Assembly (NCBI GenBank): GCA_041178425.1
Contig: JBEGVH010000031.1
Span: forward strand, 64,001-128,000
Origin: Pseudomonadota bacterium
Lineage (GTDB): Bacteria > Bdellovibrionota > Bdellovibrionia > Bdellovibrionales > Bdellovibrionaceae
Direction of reading: 5' to 3'
Length of the DNA: 64,000 nucleotides
The notes under the pieces were generated by a model that worked only from the letters and a program-made list of their open reading frames with translations, was not told the origin of the DNA and did not search any database. Below are positions 10,181 to 23,468 of this stretch, piece after piece (position 1 is the stretch's first letter; the number at the start of each line of letters is the position of its first letter). A program made the position numbers and the translations under genes.

Positions 10181-10876
10181 TTAATGTTCGTGTGCCGTGG
10201 CCATTGAAATATACACCATCGAAAGAAGTGTAAATACGAAGGCCTGAATGAAGCACACAAAAATTCCTAACAAATAAAATGGAATTGGCACAACAACAGG
10301 AACGAGGTCAAGAAACACACCCAAAACGGTATGATCACCCGACATTACGTTGGCCAAGCGCATAGAAAGACTGAAAGGACGGATAAAATTAGAAACGAGT
10401 TCGATGGGTAGCATAATTACGGCTAGGGGCAAAAACGGGCCCAAAAAATGCTTTAGGTAATGAAGGCCGTTTTCTTTGATCCCATAATAATTATAGGCAG
10501 CAAAGGAAAAAAGACCCATCGCAAAGGTTAAATTAATATTTTGGGTAGCAGGAACAACCCCAGGAAGGACACCCATCAAGTTATTAATCAAAATAAAGGT
10601 GAAAAGTGCGGTAAAAAAAGGAACAAATTTACGGCCATGGTGGCCAATAATCATGTCTGACAAACCGACTATAAATTCCGTCAGTAATTCAAAAATGCCC
10701 TTAAAGGAGAATTTCCCAGCAGGAATTACGGCTGCGTCGCCTTTCCCCAGAGACGCACGACCAACAATCGCAGCCAAGATAATGATAGCTGACACTGCTC
10801 CCGCGGTAGCGACATGTGCTAACTCTTCACCAACTCCTGGAACCAGATTTGCCCATGTAAAATGCGATAATGACAT
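10181..10876 (-). CDS. atpB: F0 ATP synthase subunit a
   Basis: PIELVSNFIRPFSLSMRLANVM and IQAFVFTLLSMVYI motifs. Confidence 0.95.
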   Translation of the reverse strand: MSLSHFTWANLVPGVGEELAHVATAGAVSAIIILAAIVGRASLGKGDAAVIPAGKFSFKGIFELLTEFIVGLSDMIIGHHGRKFVPFFTALFTFILINNLMGVLPGVVPATQNINLTFAMGLFSFAAYNYYGIKENGLHYLKHFLGPFLPLAVIMLPIELVSNFIRPFSLSMRLANVMSGDHTVLGVFLDLVPVVVPIPFYLLGIFVCFIQAFVFTLLSMVYISMATAHEH

Positions 10877-11059
10877 TGGAACCTTTTCCGTAAAATTTTG
10901 TATTAAGGCTAATAAAGAGAACCTCTTAGTTACCTTAAGACCGCAAAATTCATAAAACGGCCTTCTTCATACAATGAGGGATTTATTTTGGGCAATAAAT
11001 TTCTGCGTCTCAAATTACTTCTTTTTGATTTTTGTAGGAAGGCATCGCTAAAAAAATGC

Positions 11060-11257
11060 CTACATTTTACTCATTCTTTTAAGAAGAAAGAAAATTCGGG
11101 CAAACCATCCGCCAAGTCCTGTAAACGTTAAAAGGATCGTAAAAAGCCCCTTACTTTGAAAGTGCTCATCGAGATATTGGCCAAGCCATATAGAGGCCAA
11201 GACAATTCCGACCGCCTCAAAACCAATTCCAACAAACACTAGCCACTTACTTTTCAT
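11060..11257 (-). CDS. AtpZ/AtpI-family (ATPase_gene1) small membrane protein
   Basis: Two TM helices with G.WLGQYLD motif; upstream of atpB. Confidence 0.8.
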   Translation of the reverse strand: MKSKWLVFVGIGFEAVGIVLASIWLGQYLDEHFQSKGLFTILLTFTGLGGWFARIFFLLKRMSKM

Positions 11258-12066
11258 TCCTTTGGTTTCTTTCTGGGTAAGTCAGAGAAAGTATCGCGAA
11301 TCTTTTTGATGCGTAACTCGATATATTCCTTAGGTTCGTAGAAGGGTTTAATTTCCTCTAAAACTCGAACGGCATCGATATGGTTACCAATTTCTTCGTA
11401 GCAAAGAGATAGGTTGATCGCCACATTTTCTTTTTTTGCCCTCTCGGGAAATTTTTTATTGAGTACTTCAAGCGCTTTTGCTGCTTCGGAGTATTTCTTT
11501 TCTGTCAGTTGGATGTTGGCCTGAAGATACTGGGTATCAAAATCGATTTCAGGTGATAAGTCCGATTCCTGAAGAATCAAGTTGGCCTCATTCCATGAAA
11601 GAGAAAACTGGCCTAGGTAATAATAGCATCGAGCAATAGCCAGTCGAATGCGTGTTTTTTCTTGGCGTGAAATTTGGTTCGATAAAAGCTTTTCATATTC
11701 AATAAGGGCCTTTTCGTATCGACCTAAATTATCAAAGTAAATTTGTGCTATTTGGGATTGGGAACGCCATCTTTCTTCGGCATCAGTTGAATAAAGAATT
11801 AAGAATTTCAGGACATTAATGGCCTTTTCATAGTTCTTTAGTTCAAAAACTAATATTTTAGCGCTTTCACGGGCGGCTCTTATGGCCGCCGGTTTTTCGG
11901 GGGCCCTTTTCATGGTGTTGTCGAATTCGGCTAATGCTTCTCGATAGTCACCAGCCGCTTGATATCTTAACCCAGCCTTTAAATTCCTTTCCTGGGCCGA
12001 ATCACAACCCAGGAATATTATAGGGATTAGAATAATGACGAGCTTACTTAATAGTAGTTGCAGCAC
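11254..12066 (-). CDS. TPR-repeat lipoprotein
   Basis: Lipobox-like IFLGC; multiple TPR-like repeats (GDYREALAEF, GRYEKALIEY, KKYSEAAKAL). Confidence 0.75.
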   Translation of the reverse strand: MLQLLLSKLVIILIPIIFLGCDSAQERNLKAGLRYQAAGDYREALAEFDNTMKRAPEKPAAIRAARESAKILVFELKNYEKAINVLKFLILYSTDAEERWRSQSQIAQIYFDNLGRYEKALIEYEKLLSNQISRQEKTRIRLAIARCYYYLGQFSLSWNEANLILQESDLSPEIDFDTQYLQANIQLTEKKYSEAAKALEVLNKKFPERAKKENVAINLSLCYEEIGNHIDAVRVLEEIKPFYEPKEYIELRIKKIRDTFSDLPRKKPKE

Positions 12067-12096
12067 AACGCCTTCCTTAGCCTCGCAGACAATCTC

Positions 12097-14580
12097 CTAG
12101 TGAATATTTTCAGGCTCTACCGCTGCGTCCTCGGTAGTGCCAGTCGTATCCAAGAGAGTCGCTACTCCTGTAACTAGCTCTTCTTTGTTAATATTAATTA
12201 GCTTCACACCTTGAGTGTTTCTCCCAAGAACGGAAATTTCTCCGCAGCGAGTTCGTATCACTTGCCCTTTGTCTGTGGTTATAATCACCTCATGCTTATC
12301 ACTCACCAATTTAGTGGTTACAACATTACCCACTTTGTCGGTTGTCTTTTGAGTAATAATTCCAACGCCGCCACGACTTTGAGTTCGGTATTCATTAACG
12401 GCAGTCCGCTTTCCGAAGCCTAAGTCGGTCACCATTAAAAGGGTGTCGGTCGTGTCTTTTTTCACAACTTCCATACTCACAACGATATCACCTTTACCAA
12501 GAGTGATCCCTCTAACACCTCTTGCCGAACGCCCCATTGGACGCACATCGCCTTCGTCAAAACGAATAGACATACCATCTTTCGTCGCAACAAAAATATC
12601 ACTTTGTCCGTCACTCAATTTTGCCTCGATAACGTTGTCGTCAAGATCAGTCGTTAGGGCGATGATTCCTGCTTGCCGAGGATTAGAGAAAGCCTCAAGA
12701 GGAGTCTTTTTCACAACTCCCTGCTGAGTGATCATGAATACAAATTTTGATTCACTGAATTCTTCTACTGGTAGAACCGCTTTGACTTTTTCGTTCGCAC
12801 TCAAATTCACAACGTTGGCAATGGATTTGCCTTTAGAGGTTCTATTGCCAAGTGGAAGTCGGTGCACCTTCACCCAATACAATTTACCTTTATCCGTAAA
12901 CACGAGTAGGGTGGTTTTTGTGCTCGCCATGAAAATGTCTACGACATAGTCTTCCTCTCGGGTCTCGATACCCTTAAGGCCCTTGCCCCCGCGCTTTTGC
13001 AAACGGTACTCATCTGGAGACATTCTCTTGATGTAACCCGTGTTGGTGTAGGTGACGATCATGCTCTCTTCTGCGATTAAATCTTCATCTTCAATATCGT
13101 CAACACTACCTTCAATTTTGGTGCGACGTTCGTCGCCAAATTTTTCTTTAATTTCCTGAAGTTCATTCACGATGATCTTATGTATCTCTCGCACATCCGA
13201 GAGAACCATATTGAGCCATTGAATAAGTTCGTTGAGCTCTTTAAGTTCCAACTCGATTTTTTCTCTTTCAAGGCCAGTCAATCGCTGAAGCCTCATCTCC
13301 AGAATGGCTTGAGCTTGTCTGTCGCTAAATCCAAACGTCGACATAAGGGCTTCTTTAGCCGTGTTAGTTTCTTTGGATGCTCGAATGACAGCAATAACTG
13401 CATCAATTTTATCGAGGGCGATAGTTAAGCCCTCTAAGATGTGGGCTCGATCTTTAGCTTTACCAAGATCATAAATGCAACGTTTAGTAACTACTTCTCG
13501 TCGATGATCAATAAACGCCTGAAGCATTCCCTTTAAATCAAAGAGTACAGGTTGGTTGTTGGCATCAAGAGCCAACATCGTAATTCCATAGCTTACCTGC
13601 ATTTGCGTGAACTTATAAAGGCGATTTAAAACAACGCTACCGTTTTCATTTCTCTTCAATGTAATAACGATACGCATACCTTCACGAGAAGACTCATCCC
13701 GAATGTCTGCAATTCCCTCTATTTTCTTTTCGTTAACGAGGTCAGCGATACTCTCAATGAGTTTTGCTTTATTAACCTGATACGGAATTTCGGTGATAAT
13801 GATTTCTTCGCGATCTTTACCTTGAACTATTTCTGCAACAGCCTTGAGAGTAATAATTCCCTTTCCTTTTTTATAGGCCTGCAGAATGCCTTCGCGTCCT
13901 GCAATAACACCTGAGGTAGGAAAATCCGGACCAGGAATCATTTTAATTAAATCATCGATACTTAGCTCAGGATTCTTAATGAGCTCCATACAGCCATCCA
14001 CAACTTCTGATAAATTGTGTGGAGGAATGTTTGTGGCCATACCAACGGCAATACCCGCACTACCATTCACCAATAGGTTTGGAAATTTAGCTGGCAAGAC
14101 GAGAGGAATCTGCAGGGAATCGTCGTAGTTTGGACCGAATGGGACAGTCTGCTTTTCGATGTCAGCCAGAAGCTCCTCAGCAAGAGAGGTCATACGAACT
14201 TCTGTATAACGTTGGGCCGCAGGGCTATCGCCGTCGATGGATCCAAAGTTTCCTTGACCATCAATCAAAGGGTACCGAAGAGAAAAGTCTTGGGCCATTC
14301 TCACCATGGTGTCGTAGACAGCCACATCGCCATGAGGGTGGTATTTACCAATAACATCACCAACAACACGGGCGGACTTTTTATAGGGTTTGTCGTGAGT
14401 GTTGTTTAGATCATATTGGGCGTAGAGAATGCGACGATGCACGGGCTTTAATCCATCGCGAACATCGGGAAGCGCTCTTCCGACAATAACACTCATCGAG
14501 TACTGAAGGTAGGCCTCGCGCATTTCCTTGTTAATATCAACTACGGTAATACCATTATTTGCTTGATTAATTTCTTGCAT
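12097..14580 (-). CDS. gyrA: DNA gyrase subunit A
   Basis: [31 protein letters not shown] (catalytic Tyr), GyrA-box QKRGGKG. Confidence 0.98.
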   Translation of the reverse strand: MQEINQANNGITVVDINKEMREAYLQYSMSVIVGRALPDVRDGLKPVHRRILYAQYDLNNTHDKPYKKSARVVGDVIGKYHPHGDVAVYDTMVRMAQDFSLRYPLIDGQGNFGSIDGDSPAAQRYTEVRMTSLAEELLADIEKQTVPFGPNYDDSLQIPLVLPAKFPNLLVNGSAGIAVGMATNIPPHNLSEVVDGCMELIKNPELSIDDLIKMIPGPDFPTSGVIAGREGILQAYKKGKGIITLKAVAEIVQGKDREEIIITEIPYQVNKAKLIESIADLVNEKKIEGIADIRDESSREGMRIVITLKRNENGSVVLNRLYKFTQMQVSYGITMLALDANNQPVLFDLKGMLQAFIDHRREVVTKRCIYDLGKAKDRAHILEGLTIALDKIDAVIAVIRASKETNTAKEALMSTFGFSDRQAQAILEMRLQRLTGLEREKIELELKELNELIQWLNMVLSDVREIHKIIVNELQEIKEKFGDERRTKIEGSVDDIEDEDLIAEESMIVTYTNTGYIKRMSPDEYRLQKRGGKGLKGIETREEDYVVDIFMASTKTTLLVFTDKGKLYWVKVHRLPLGNRTSKGKSIANVVNLSANEKVKAVLPVEEFSESKFVFMITQQGVVKKTPLEAFSNPRQAGIIALTTDLDDNVIEAKLSDGQSDIFVATKDGMSIRFDEGDVRPMGRSARGVRGITLGKGDIVVSMEVVKKDTTDTLLMVTDLGFGKRTAVNEYRTQSRGGVGIITQKTTDKVGNVVTTKLVSDKHEVIITTDKGQVIRTRCGEISVLGRNTQGVKLININKEELVTGVATLLDTTGTTEDAAVEPENIH

Positions 14581-14597
14581 ATTATTTCCAATTTTTT

Positions 14598-17027
<2,430 letters not shown>

Positions 17028-17040
17028 TCATATCCCCCAG

Positions 17041-18165
17041 TTATTGAACAGAAAAATTACCATTGTCCACGGCGATATATCTCTGTGTCTCGTTCGTGAG
17101 ATCACGGCAAAGATAGCGATCCGTCGTGGTAATAAAAATTTGCCCCTCAGTTACATTCAACAATTTAACAAGATTAGCCCTTGTTTGTCCGTCCAGCTCC
17201 GACAATACATCATCGAGAAACAGGATGGGTACTGTACCATAGACCCTCCTATGATACATGAGCTGAGCCAATTTAAAAGATAATATAAGGGCTCTTTGCT
17301 GCCCTTGCGAACAAAAACTTCGTGAGTCTTTGTTATTTATCAAAAATTTGATCTCGTGTTTATGCGGCCCCACCAAACTGTGACCAACTGCCATCTCCGC
17401 GATCTTTAACTCGGAGAGTCTATTCCTCAGATTTTGGCGAATTTGTTCTTTTTGGTAATGCAATGCATTTTTGTCGGAAATCAGGTACTCCACAGAGATT
17501 TCAACAGGTGTTGGGTAGAGATCGTTTGCCACCTTTTTTACATCCTCAAAAATGTGGATAATTCCTTGGATTCTGTGGAAAGAAACCTCCGTAGCAAGTT
17601 CTAGGAACTTCTCCTCATAGGAATCTAAAAGTCCAATGGCCTGCTCTCTAGAAATAACCTGATCTGACAGAGATTTCAGAACTTTGTTTTTAGATTTCAA
17701 AATTCTCATGTAGTCATCAAAGAGGCCCTGGTAGTTTAAATTGGGACAAGTAAAAAGAAAGTGATCAATGAGATCTCTGCGCTCTCCGCTTCCTTCTTTG
17801 ACCGTGGCCAAACTTTCTGGGCTAAACAGGACAACGGGAAACTGATTCGAAAGTCGATTCGAGCTTATCTTTTTTCCGTTATACCAATGATTTTTGCGAC
17901 CATTTTCAACAATAAACCGCAATTCACTTTGTTCTTTTAGCTCCACGCTTAGAGAAACCGATGATTGATTTTGTGAATAACTGGTTAAGTGCGCGTTTTC
18001 GCCATACCGAAAAGTATCGCCTGTTAAGCAAAGATGTATTCCTTCGATGAAATTTGTTTTTCCCTGGCCATTATTTCCTACCAGAATATTTAATCCTGGC
18101 AGGAGATTGATAGTGGTATCTAGAATATTTCGAAATTGAAAAAAACGAATCGACTTAATCCACAT
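17041..18165 (-). CDS. recF: DNA replication/repair protein RecF
   Basis: Walker A GNNGQGKTN, GPHKHE, SQGQQR, LDDVLSELD; dnaN-recF-gyrB synteny. Confidence 0.95.
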   Translation of the reverse strand: MWIKSIRFFQFRNILDTTINLLPGLNILVGNNGQGKTNFIEGIHLCLTGDTFRYGENAHLTSYSQNQSSVSLSVELKEQSELRFIVENGRKNHWYNGKKISSNRLSNQFPVVLFSPESLATVKEGSGERRDLIDHFLFTCPNLNYQGLFDDYMRILKSKNKVLKSLSDQVISREQAIGLLDSYEEKFLELATEVSFHRIQGIIHIFEDVKKVANDLYPTPVEISVEYLISDKNALHYQKEQIRQNLRNRLSELKIAEMAVGHSLVGPHKHEIKFLINNKDSRSFCSQGQQRALILSFKLAQLMYHRRVYGTVPILFLDDVLSELDGQTRANLVKLLNVTEGQIFITTTDRYLCRDLTNETQRYIAVDNGNFSVQ

Positions 18166-18180
18166 GCCAAAATCTCAGCA

Positions 18181-19308
18181 TTAGAATCTCATCGGCATTA
18201 CAACACACGTATAATTTGCGTCGCCATGAGGTCTTACTATTAAGGGAGAATTCGTATCTTTGAGTTGCAAATCAACTAGCTCAGTCGAGGTGGCCGCCAA
18301 AATTTCAAGTAAATAGCGCGCGTTTAAGTTAACTTTAAAACCAGGTCCATCGTAAGACACTTCAATCTCATCTGATGCATCTCCGAGCTCACTGTTATTT
18401 GAGCTAATCAACATTTTCGATGGACTAACCTCAATGAGAACACTCTTTGATTTTTGATGAGCATGAAAAGAAACTCTCTTAATAGAAGTAAAGAATGGTT
18501 CTCGCGGTAAAATGATATTGTGATTAATTGTTTGTGGAATAAGTTGTTGATAATTGGGATAACGTCCCTCAATAAGTCGAATGAGCAAAATTGTATCTTG
18601 GTGTTTAACAACCAGTTGAGCTCCCTCTATCGACAATTCCACCGAATTATCCACAGTTTCAAGAATCTTATTGAGCTCATGAACCCCTTTTCTCGGTATA
18701 ATCACTCCAAACAACTTTGTTGGGTCTTCTCCAGAAGTCACACCATCCACAGTTCTATTCACAACGGCTAAACGATGTCCGTCGGTGGCAACCATTCGTA
18801 AATTAAATTGGTTGTTACTCCAGTATCGTTCTAAATAAACGCCATTCAGGTGATACCTAGTATCATCGTTTGAAACAGAAAAAATAACTTTAGAAATCAT
18901 CTCTCTGAGAGTTTGGGCTGGGATTTTAGTGAACTCACAGCCACCAATGACAGGGAAAACCGGATATTCCCTCGGATCACTACCATGAAGCTTAGAGCTA
19001 TATCTTTTTTGCTGTATTTGAACCCATGAGTTATCTAGAGCCGTTAAGCGCACAGGGAGATCGTTCAACTCCTTTATAATTTCAAATATGTGTTTAGCAT
19101 GAACCGTCACTCTACCCGGTTTCAAAACCTTTGCCGTTGTTTTGGCGGCTAAACTAATTTCTAAATCTGTGGCGTATACTTTTAGAGTATCTTCCTCTGC
19201 CTCGAAAAGTAGATTAACCAAGTTAGGCATATTAGCTCTTTTTTCTGCTACCGTTTGAGCTAAAGAGATCATCTTGAGAAGTTCTACTTTTTCAATTTCT
19301 ACCTGCAT
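18181..19308 (-). CDS. dnaN: DNA polymerase III beta sliding clamp
   Basis: ATDLEI, RYHLNGV, VATDGHRLA, RLIEGRYPNY, C-terminal VVMPMRF. Confidence 0.97.
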   Translation of the reverse strand: MQVEIEKVELLKMISLAQTVAEKRANMPNLVNLLFEAEEDTLKVYATDLEISLAAKTTAKVLKPGRVTVHAKHIFEIIKELNDLPVRLTALDNSWVQIQQKRYSSKLHGSDPREYPVFPVIGGCEFTKIPAQTLREMISKVIFSVSNDDTRYHLNGVYLERYWSNNQFNLRMVATDGHRLAVVNRTVDGVTSGEDPTKLFGVIIPRKGVHELNKILETVDNSVELSIEGAQLVVKHQDTILLIRLIEGRYPNYQQLIPQTINHNIILPREPFFTSIKRVSFHAHQKSKSVLIEVSPSKMLISSNNSELGDASDEIEVSYDGPGFKVNLNARYLLEILAATSTELVDLQLKDTNSPLIVRPHGDANYTCVVMPMRF

Positions 19309-19527
19309 GACAGCCCCTTATTTATTTCTTCTAAATATATTTAAATAATTAGTAGTAGTAGTAGTAACGTGGATTCCGTTAGTTATCTACTAACTCCATA
19401 AAAACACTTGCCTTTTAATGTGGACACTCGTGCGTATATCTAAAGCCGAAAACATCATTTTTTGTGGGTAAACGAGATCCACAAAAATATACACTAAGTT
19501 TTCCACAAGGTTATACAATATCCCCAT
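19309..19527. other. oriC: Probable chromosomal origin oriC (dnaA-dnaN intergenic)
   Basis: AT-rich tract about 19319-19349; (TAG)5TAA DnaA-trio-like run 19350-19367; DnaA-box-like 9-mers TTATCTACT 19383, TGTGGACAC 19419, TGTGGGTAA 19463, AGATCCACA 19475, TTTTCCACA 19499. Confidence 0.85.
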
Positions 19528-20949
19528 TCACAGTCCGTTGATATTGTGGATTCTGGTTGTTAACTCATCGATATCTCTCTTTAAATCAGGATCTGAAGCC
19601 TGTAGACTCTTGACCCGTTCTCTTGCGTTGATAACCGTCGTGTGATCTTTATTGCCAAAAGAACGTCCAATATCGGTTAGTGATTTGCCAAGGTGTTTTT
19701 CGATGAGGAACATGCAAACCTGGCGAGGAATAACGATAGATTTTACTCGGCTTGATCCCTTTAAGTCTTGGAGTCTCACTTTATAGTAGTCAGACACAAT
19801 TCGTTGAATGTCTTCGATCGTGGCCGTGTTTTCATATTCCTGAATAGCCAAAACTTTTCGTGCCAATTCCATATCTATTTGCAGACCCTGTAAATCAGCA
19901 AACATCTTTAGGCGATTCAGGTTTCCTTCGAGTTCGCGGATGCTAGTTTTTGAAATGCGAGCGATATAGTTAATAACTTCTTCGGTGAGTTTTACACCCA
20001 TTCGTTCCGACTTATATCTTAGAATTGCCATTCTCGTTTCTAGATCGGGCATTTGAATATTAGCAATGAGGCCCCACTCTAAGCGGGAACGAATCCGATC
20101 CTCGAGACCATGAATTTCTCGAGGAATTCGGTCGCTAGCGACAATGACCTGTTTTCTTTTTTCGAAAAGCTCATTGAGAGTATGAAAAAACTCCTCCTGA
20201 ACTGATTCACCCCGGCGCAAACCCTGAATATCATCTACAAGGAGCACATCGAGGCCTTCGCGATACTTTTGTCTGAATTTATCCATTTGGCCGTGCCTAA
20301 GGGAAGACACGCACTCGTTTATATAACGATCCACAGAGACGTACACTACTCTCATGTGCGGAAACTTCTCTTTTATGTGATTCCCCGCCGCTATAAGCAA
20401 ATGCGTTTTACCCATACCCACCGGACCACAAATAAAAAGGGGGTTATAACTGCTGCCCGGGTTTTGGGCGATGTTGTAAGTTGCAGCATGGGCAAATTCA
20501 TTATTTTTACCAACAACAAATGTCTGAAAGGTGTAATCGGGATTTAAAATGTCTTCGCTTTTAGGTTTTCCTGCCTGGCTCTGCTGACGAATAGGCGCAC
20601 TATGGTCAGTGGGCGGCAACGGAGACTCCGGTACCTGTGGAGGTTCCAGCAGGAGACTCTGAGAGTCTGCGAGAAAGTTCAGAGACATAGAGTCTTGCAT
20701 AACCAGTTGAATATTAAAGGGTTTCTTAAATAGATTCGCAATTTCTGAGACAATTCCCTCTAGATTATTAGAAATCCAATAGTGATGCATTTTTGACGGA
20801 ACCCCAAGATATAGCATCATAACGCCCTGAATTTCTTCAGTTTTTAGTAGTTGTACCGGCCCAAGCCAAGTTTGAAAAAGCTTGTTCTTATCATTTCGGG
20901 TGGTCAGGTTAGATTTCACCTGTGTCCAAAGATCGCTTAAAGGATCCAC
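19528..20949 (-). CDS. dnaA: Chromosomal replication initiator DnaA
   Basis: YTFQTFVVGKNNEFA, YNPLFICGPVGMGKTHL, QEEFFHTLN, RELEG, KDHTTV motifs. Confidence 0.98.
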   Translation of the reverse strand: MDPLSDLWTQVKSNLTTRNDKNKLFQTWLGPVQLLKTEEIQGVMMLYLGVPSKMHHYWISNNLEGIVSEIANLFKKPFNIQLVMQDSMSLNFLADSQSLLLEPPQVPESPLPPTDHSAPIRQQSQAGKPKSEDILNPDYTFQTFVVGKNNEFAHAATYNIAQNPGSSYNPLFICGPVGMGKTHLLIAAGNHIKEKFPHMRVVYVSVDRYINECVSSLRHGQMDKFRQKYREGLDVLLVDDIQGLRRGESVQEEFFHTLNELFEKRKQVIVASDRIPREIHGLEDRIRSRLEWGLIANIQMPDLETRMAILRYKSERMGVKLTEEVINYIARISKTSIRELEGNLNRLKMFADLQGLQIDMELARKVLAIQEYENTATIEDIQRIVSDYYKVRLQDLKGSSRVKSIVIPRQVCMFLIEKHLGKSLTDIGRSFGNKDHTTVINARERVKSLQASDPDLKRDIDELTTRIHNINGL

Positions 20950-20988
20950 TTATCCCCCCTTTTTTAAATATGAAAATAACTGAAAATC

Positions 20989-20997
20989 TGTGGAAAA
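20989..20997. promoter_or_regulatory. DnaA box upstream of dnaA (possible autoregulation)
   Basis: TGTGGAAAA (reverse complement TTTTCCACA), 40 bp upstream of the dnaA start. Confidence 0.5.
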
Positions 20998-21123
20998 GTG
21001 GTACTAGCAGAGCCAGAAAATGTTTTCAACTGTTGACCTGGTCGCTTCGTTATGATTTTATTGGCCCTCAAATTTTCATTATAACAGTTAGTGTCGTACT
21101 AATATTAAGACTGGGAGTTTTTA

Positions 21124-21273
21124 ATGAAACGTACATATCAGCCAAAGAACAAGCGTCGCAAAGGTGCACATGGTTTCCGCGCGAGAATGGCTACAAAAAA
21201 TGGTCAACAAGTCCTTTCTAGAAGAAGGGCAAAAGGCAGAAAGAGACTCGTGATCGCTGTCGGTGGAAAGTAA
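21124..21273 (+). CDS. rpmH: 50S ribosomal protein L34 (49 aa, not in the ORF track)
   Basis: Manual translation [56 protein letters not shown]. Confidence 0.97.
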   Translation: MKRTYQPKNKRRKGAHGFRARMATKNGQQVLSRRRAKGRKRLVIAVGGK

Positions 21274-21637
21274 TCTAGAAAAACCGAAAGTCGACAGACT
21301 AAGTTTCCAACGGCTCCGAGAGAAAGGCCACCGAGCACAAACCTGTGGTTGGTTCGTGGTTTATTGGGATAAAAACAATCTTAAAAAGGCCCGTATTCTC
21401 TGGAATATATCTCGGAAGGTGGGAAACTCGGTTGTTAGAAATCGACTTAAGCGCTGGTGTCGGGAGTATGTCAGAGTTAGGTTAAGTGATGTTTTTGCAG
21501 TCCAAGGACTTGACCTGAACATTGCTTTCCGACCTAACCAAAAAGAATTCTACAAGGATCTTAGGCGTGAGGCGTTCGATAAAGAGTTTTATCGACTTGA
21601 AAAAAGAATTAGGAGCACCCTTGCTAAGGATCCTTAG
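21263..21637 (+). CDS. rnpA: Ribonuclease P protein component
   Basis: [16 protein letters not shown] (RNR motif); rpmH-rnpA synteny. Confidence 0.92.
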   Translation: MESNLEKPKVDRLSFQRLREKGHRAQTCGWFVVYWDKNNLKKARILWNISRKVGNSVVRNRLKRWCREYVRVRLSDVFAVQGLDLNIAFRPNQKEFYKDLRREAFDKEFYRLEKRIRSTLAKDP

Positions 21638-21869
21638 TTTTTTTTCAATGTTTGCAATGGTGGCATACAGAACCATAGGGTCTCCCCATCTTGGTGGATG
21701 CTGCCGCTTTACGCCAAGTTGCTCGGAATTCGCCCTGGGCTGTTATCACCGCTTCAATTTCTTCAAAGCTTCACAATTAACCTTTAAAAGACTCCTCAGT
21801 TGCAGACCTGGGGGAGGTTTTGGGCATGACCCAATCCCTGAGAGTGGGGATCTCGATGAATCAAGATAA
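21621..21869 (+). CDS. yidD: Membrane protein insertion efficiency factor YidD (probable TTG start at 21621)
   Basis: CRFTPSCSEF...RLLSCRP...GHDP motif; AGGAG SD at 21611. Confidence 0.88.
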   Translation: MLRILSFFSMFAMVAYRTIGSPHLGGCCRFTPSCSEFALGCYHRFNFFKASQLTFKRLLSCRPGGGFGHDPIPESGDLDESR

Positions 21870-23451
21870 CAATAATTTTATGGATTCTAGAACACTTTGG
21901 GCCATTCTTCTCGTCGGAGTTGTGTGGTTTGGGTGGCAAAACTATATCAATAAGAAGTATGGGCAACAATCCCAACAAACTTCTGCCCCAGTTAATGAGC
22001 AAGTTCCAACTACTGCCGCGGCTAATTTAGGAGTTGCGAATAACGCTGTTGTTGCTGTTGGTGGGGTTGAAGAAAAGATCGCAGAAAATCCTGAACGAAG
22101 AATTGATTACTCAAATGCCAATTTCAGAGCGCAGATTTCTTCAAAGGGAATGGCGCTAAAAACATTGGTTCTCAATCAGTTTACCGGCAGAGATAAGAAT
22201 CCAGTCACTTTTTCTGGTGGCGAATTTGGGCTTTTCTCGACTCAACTATCTGGTCGGCCTGTTGAATTTCAAATTTCTCAAGAAGGCGCAGAGACTTTTG
22301 TGGGAGTCGCAGAGGTTGGCGGATTGAAAATCCATAAAAAGTTGGTGTTCTCAGATAACTACAAAGTAAGTATAGAGACGAAGCTAGATTCAACAGAGGG
22401 TGCAATTCCCCCCGTAGAATTGTCAATTGAGGACGATCTTAAAAAGGTTGAAGCTGGAAGCATTTTTTCTCCACCATTAGAATCACAAGAGATTCTAATT
22501 TTGAATAATGAGGGAGAAAAAGATTTTAATATGGCTAGTGAGCCTGAGGGTATCTCCGCAACTATCAACCAAGCTAACTTAGCGAGTATCAATAGCCATT
22601 ATTTTAGCGCTGCCTTTTTAGATAAGTCTGATTTGCTTCCCAGCTTTATTGTTGATCAAAAGCCAAGCGCTCCTTTTTTGAAGGGACAACTAAAATACTC
22701 TTTTTCTGCTGATACCAAGTCCATGGTTCTCAAGGGTATTGGTTATGTTGGCCCTAAAGACATTAATGTTTTAGAGTCCGTTGATCCTAAGTTTCTGAAG
22801 TTGGTGAAGTTTGGATTCTTTTCGGCCATCGCTCAACCTCTTTTATTAACAATGAAGTGGCTAAACAGCTTTATTGGCAACTGGGGATGGTCGATCATTT
22901 TACTAACATTGCTAGTGCGTATGATTGTTATGCCTTTGCATATTATGTCTTTTCGCTCGATGAAGGCGATGCAAAAAGTTCAGCCTTTGATTCAGAATCT
23001 GCGAGATAAATACAAAGACGACCCAATGACTCTGAACAGAGAAATGATGGAACTTATGAAAAGACATAAGGTTAACCCCCTGGGTGGTTGTTTGCCGATG
23101 CTCTTACAAATCCCGGTGTTTTTTGCTCTTTATAGAGTTTTCAGTGAAAGCATAGAATTGTATCAATCGCCATTTATTTTTTGGATTCACGATCTGAGTT
23201 CGAAGGATCCATTTTTTGTGCTGCCAATTTTTATGGCCGCAGTGATGTATCTACAGCAGAAGATGACTCCATCAACCATGGATCCTGCCCAGGCGCGAGT
23301 TATGCAATTCATGCCTATAATTTTTAGTTTGATGATGATTTCATTACCAAGTGCACTTACTCTTTATATGTTTGTGAGTACATTTTTTGGAATTTTACAG
23401 CAGTATTTATTTTTGAGAGACAAGCCAGCCACAGCAGTGGCAATTAAATAG
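21856..23451 (+). CDS. yidC: Membrane protein insertase YidC
   Basis: NWGWSIILLTLLVR, VNPLGGCLPMLLQIPVFFALY, WIHDLSSKDP; probable start ATG 21856. Confidence 0.96.
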   Translation: MNQDNNNFMDSRTLWAILLVGVVWFGWQNYINKKYGQQSQQTSAPVNEQVPTTAAANLGVANNAVVAVGGVEEKIAENPERRIDYSNANFRAQISSKGMALKTLVLNQFTGRDKNPVTFSGGEFGLFSTQLSGRPVEFQISQEGAETFVGVAEVGGLKIHKKLVFSDNYKVSIETKLDSTEGAIPPVELSIEDDLKKVEAGSIFSPPLESQEILILNNEGEKDFNMASEPEGISATINQANLASINSHYFSAAFLDKSDLLPSFIVDQKPSAPFLKGQLKYSFSADTKSMVLKGIGYVGPKDINVLESVDPKFLKLVKFGFFSAIAQPLLLTMKWLNSFIGNWGWSIILLTLLVRMIVMPLHIMSFRSMKAMQKVQPLIQNLRDKYKDDPMTLNREMMELMKRHKVNPLGGCLPMLLQIPVFFALYRVFSESIELYQSPFIFWIHDLSSKDPFFVLPIFMAAVMYLQQKMTPSTMDPAQARVMQFMPIIFSLMMISLPSALTLYMFVSTFFGILQQYLFLRDKPATAVAIK

Positions 23452-23468
23452 CCGGATTAGGAGGAATA

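Noticed and set aside
18647..18655. Perfect DnaA box TTATCCACA inside dnaN
   Set aside because: A single box within coding sequence; it may be chance and cannot be supported as functional.
20922..21221. 99-aa plus-strand ORF upstream of rnpA
   Set aside because: It overlaps the dnaA start and is out of frame with the real rpmH (21124-21273).
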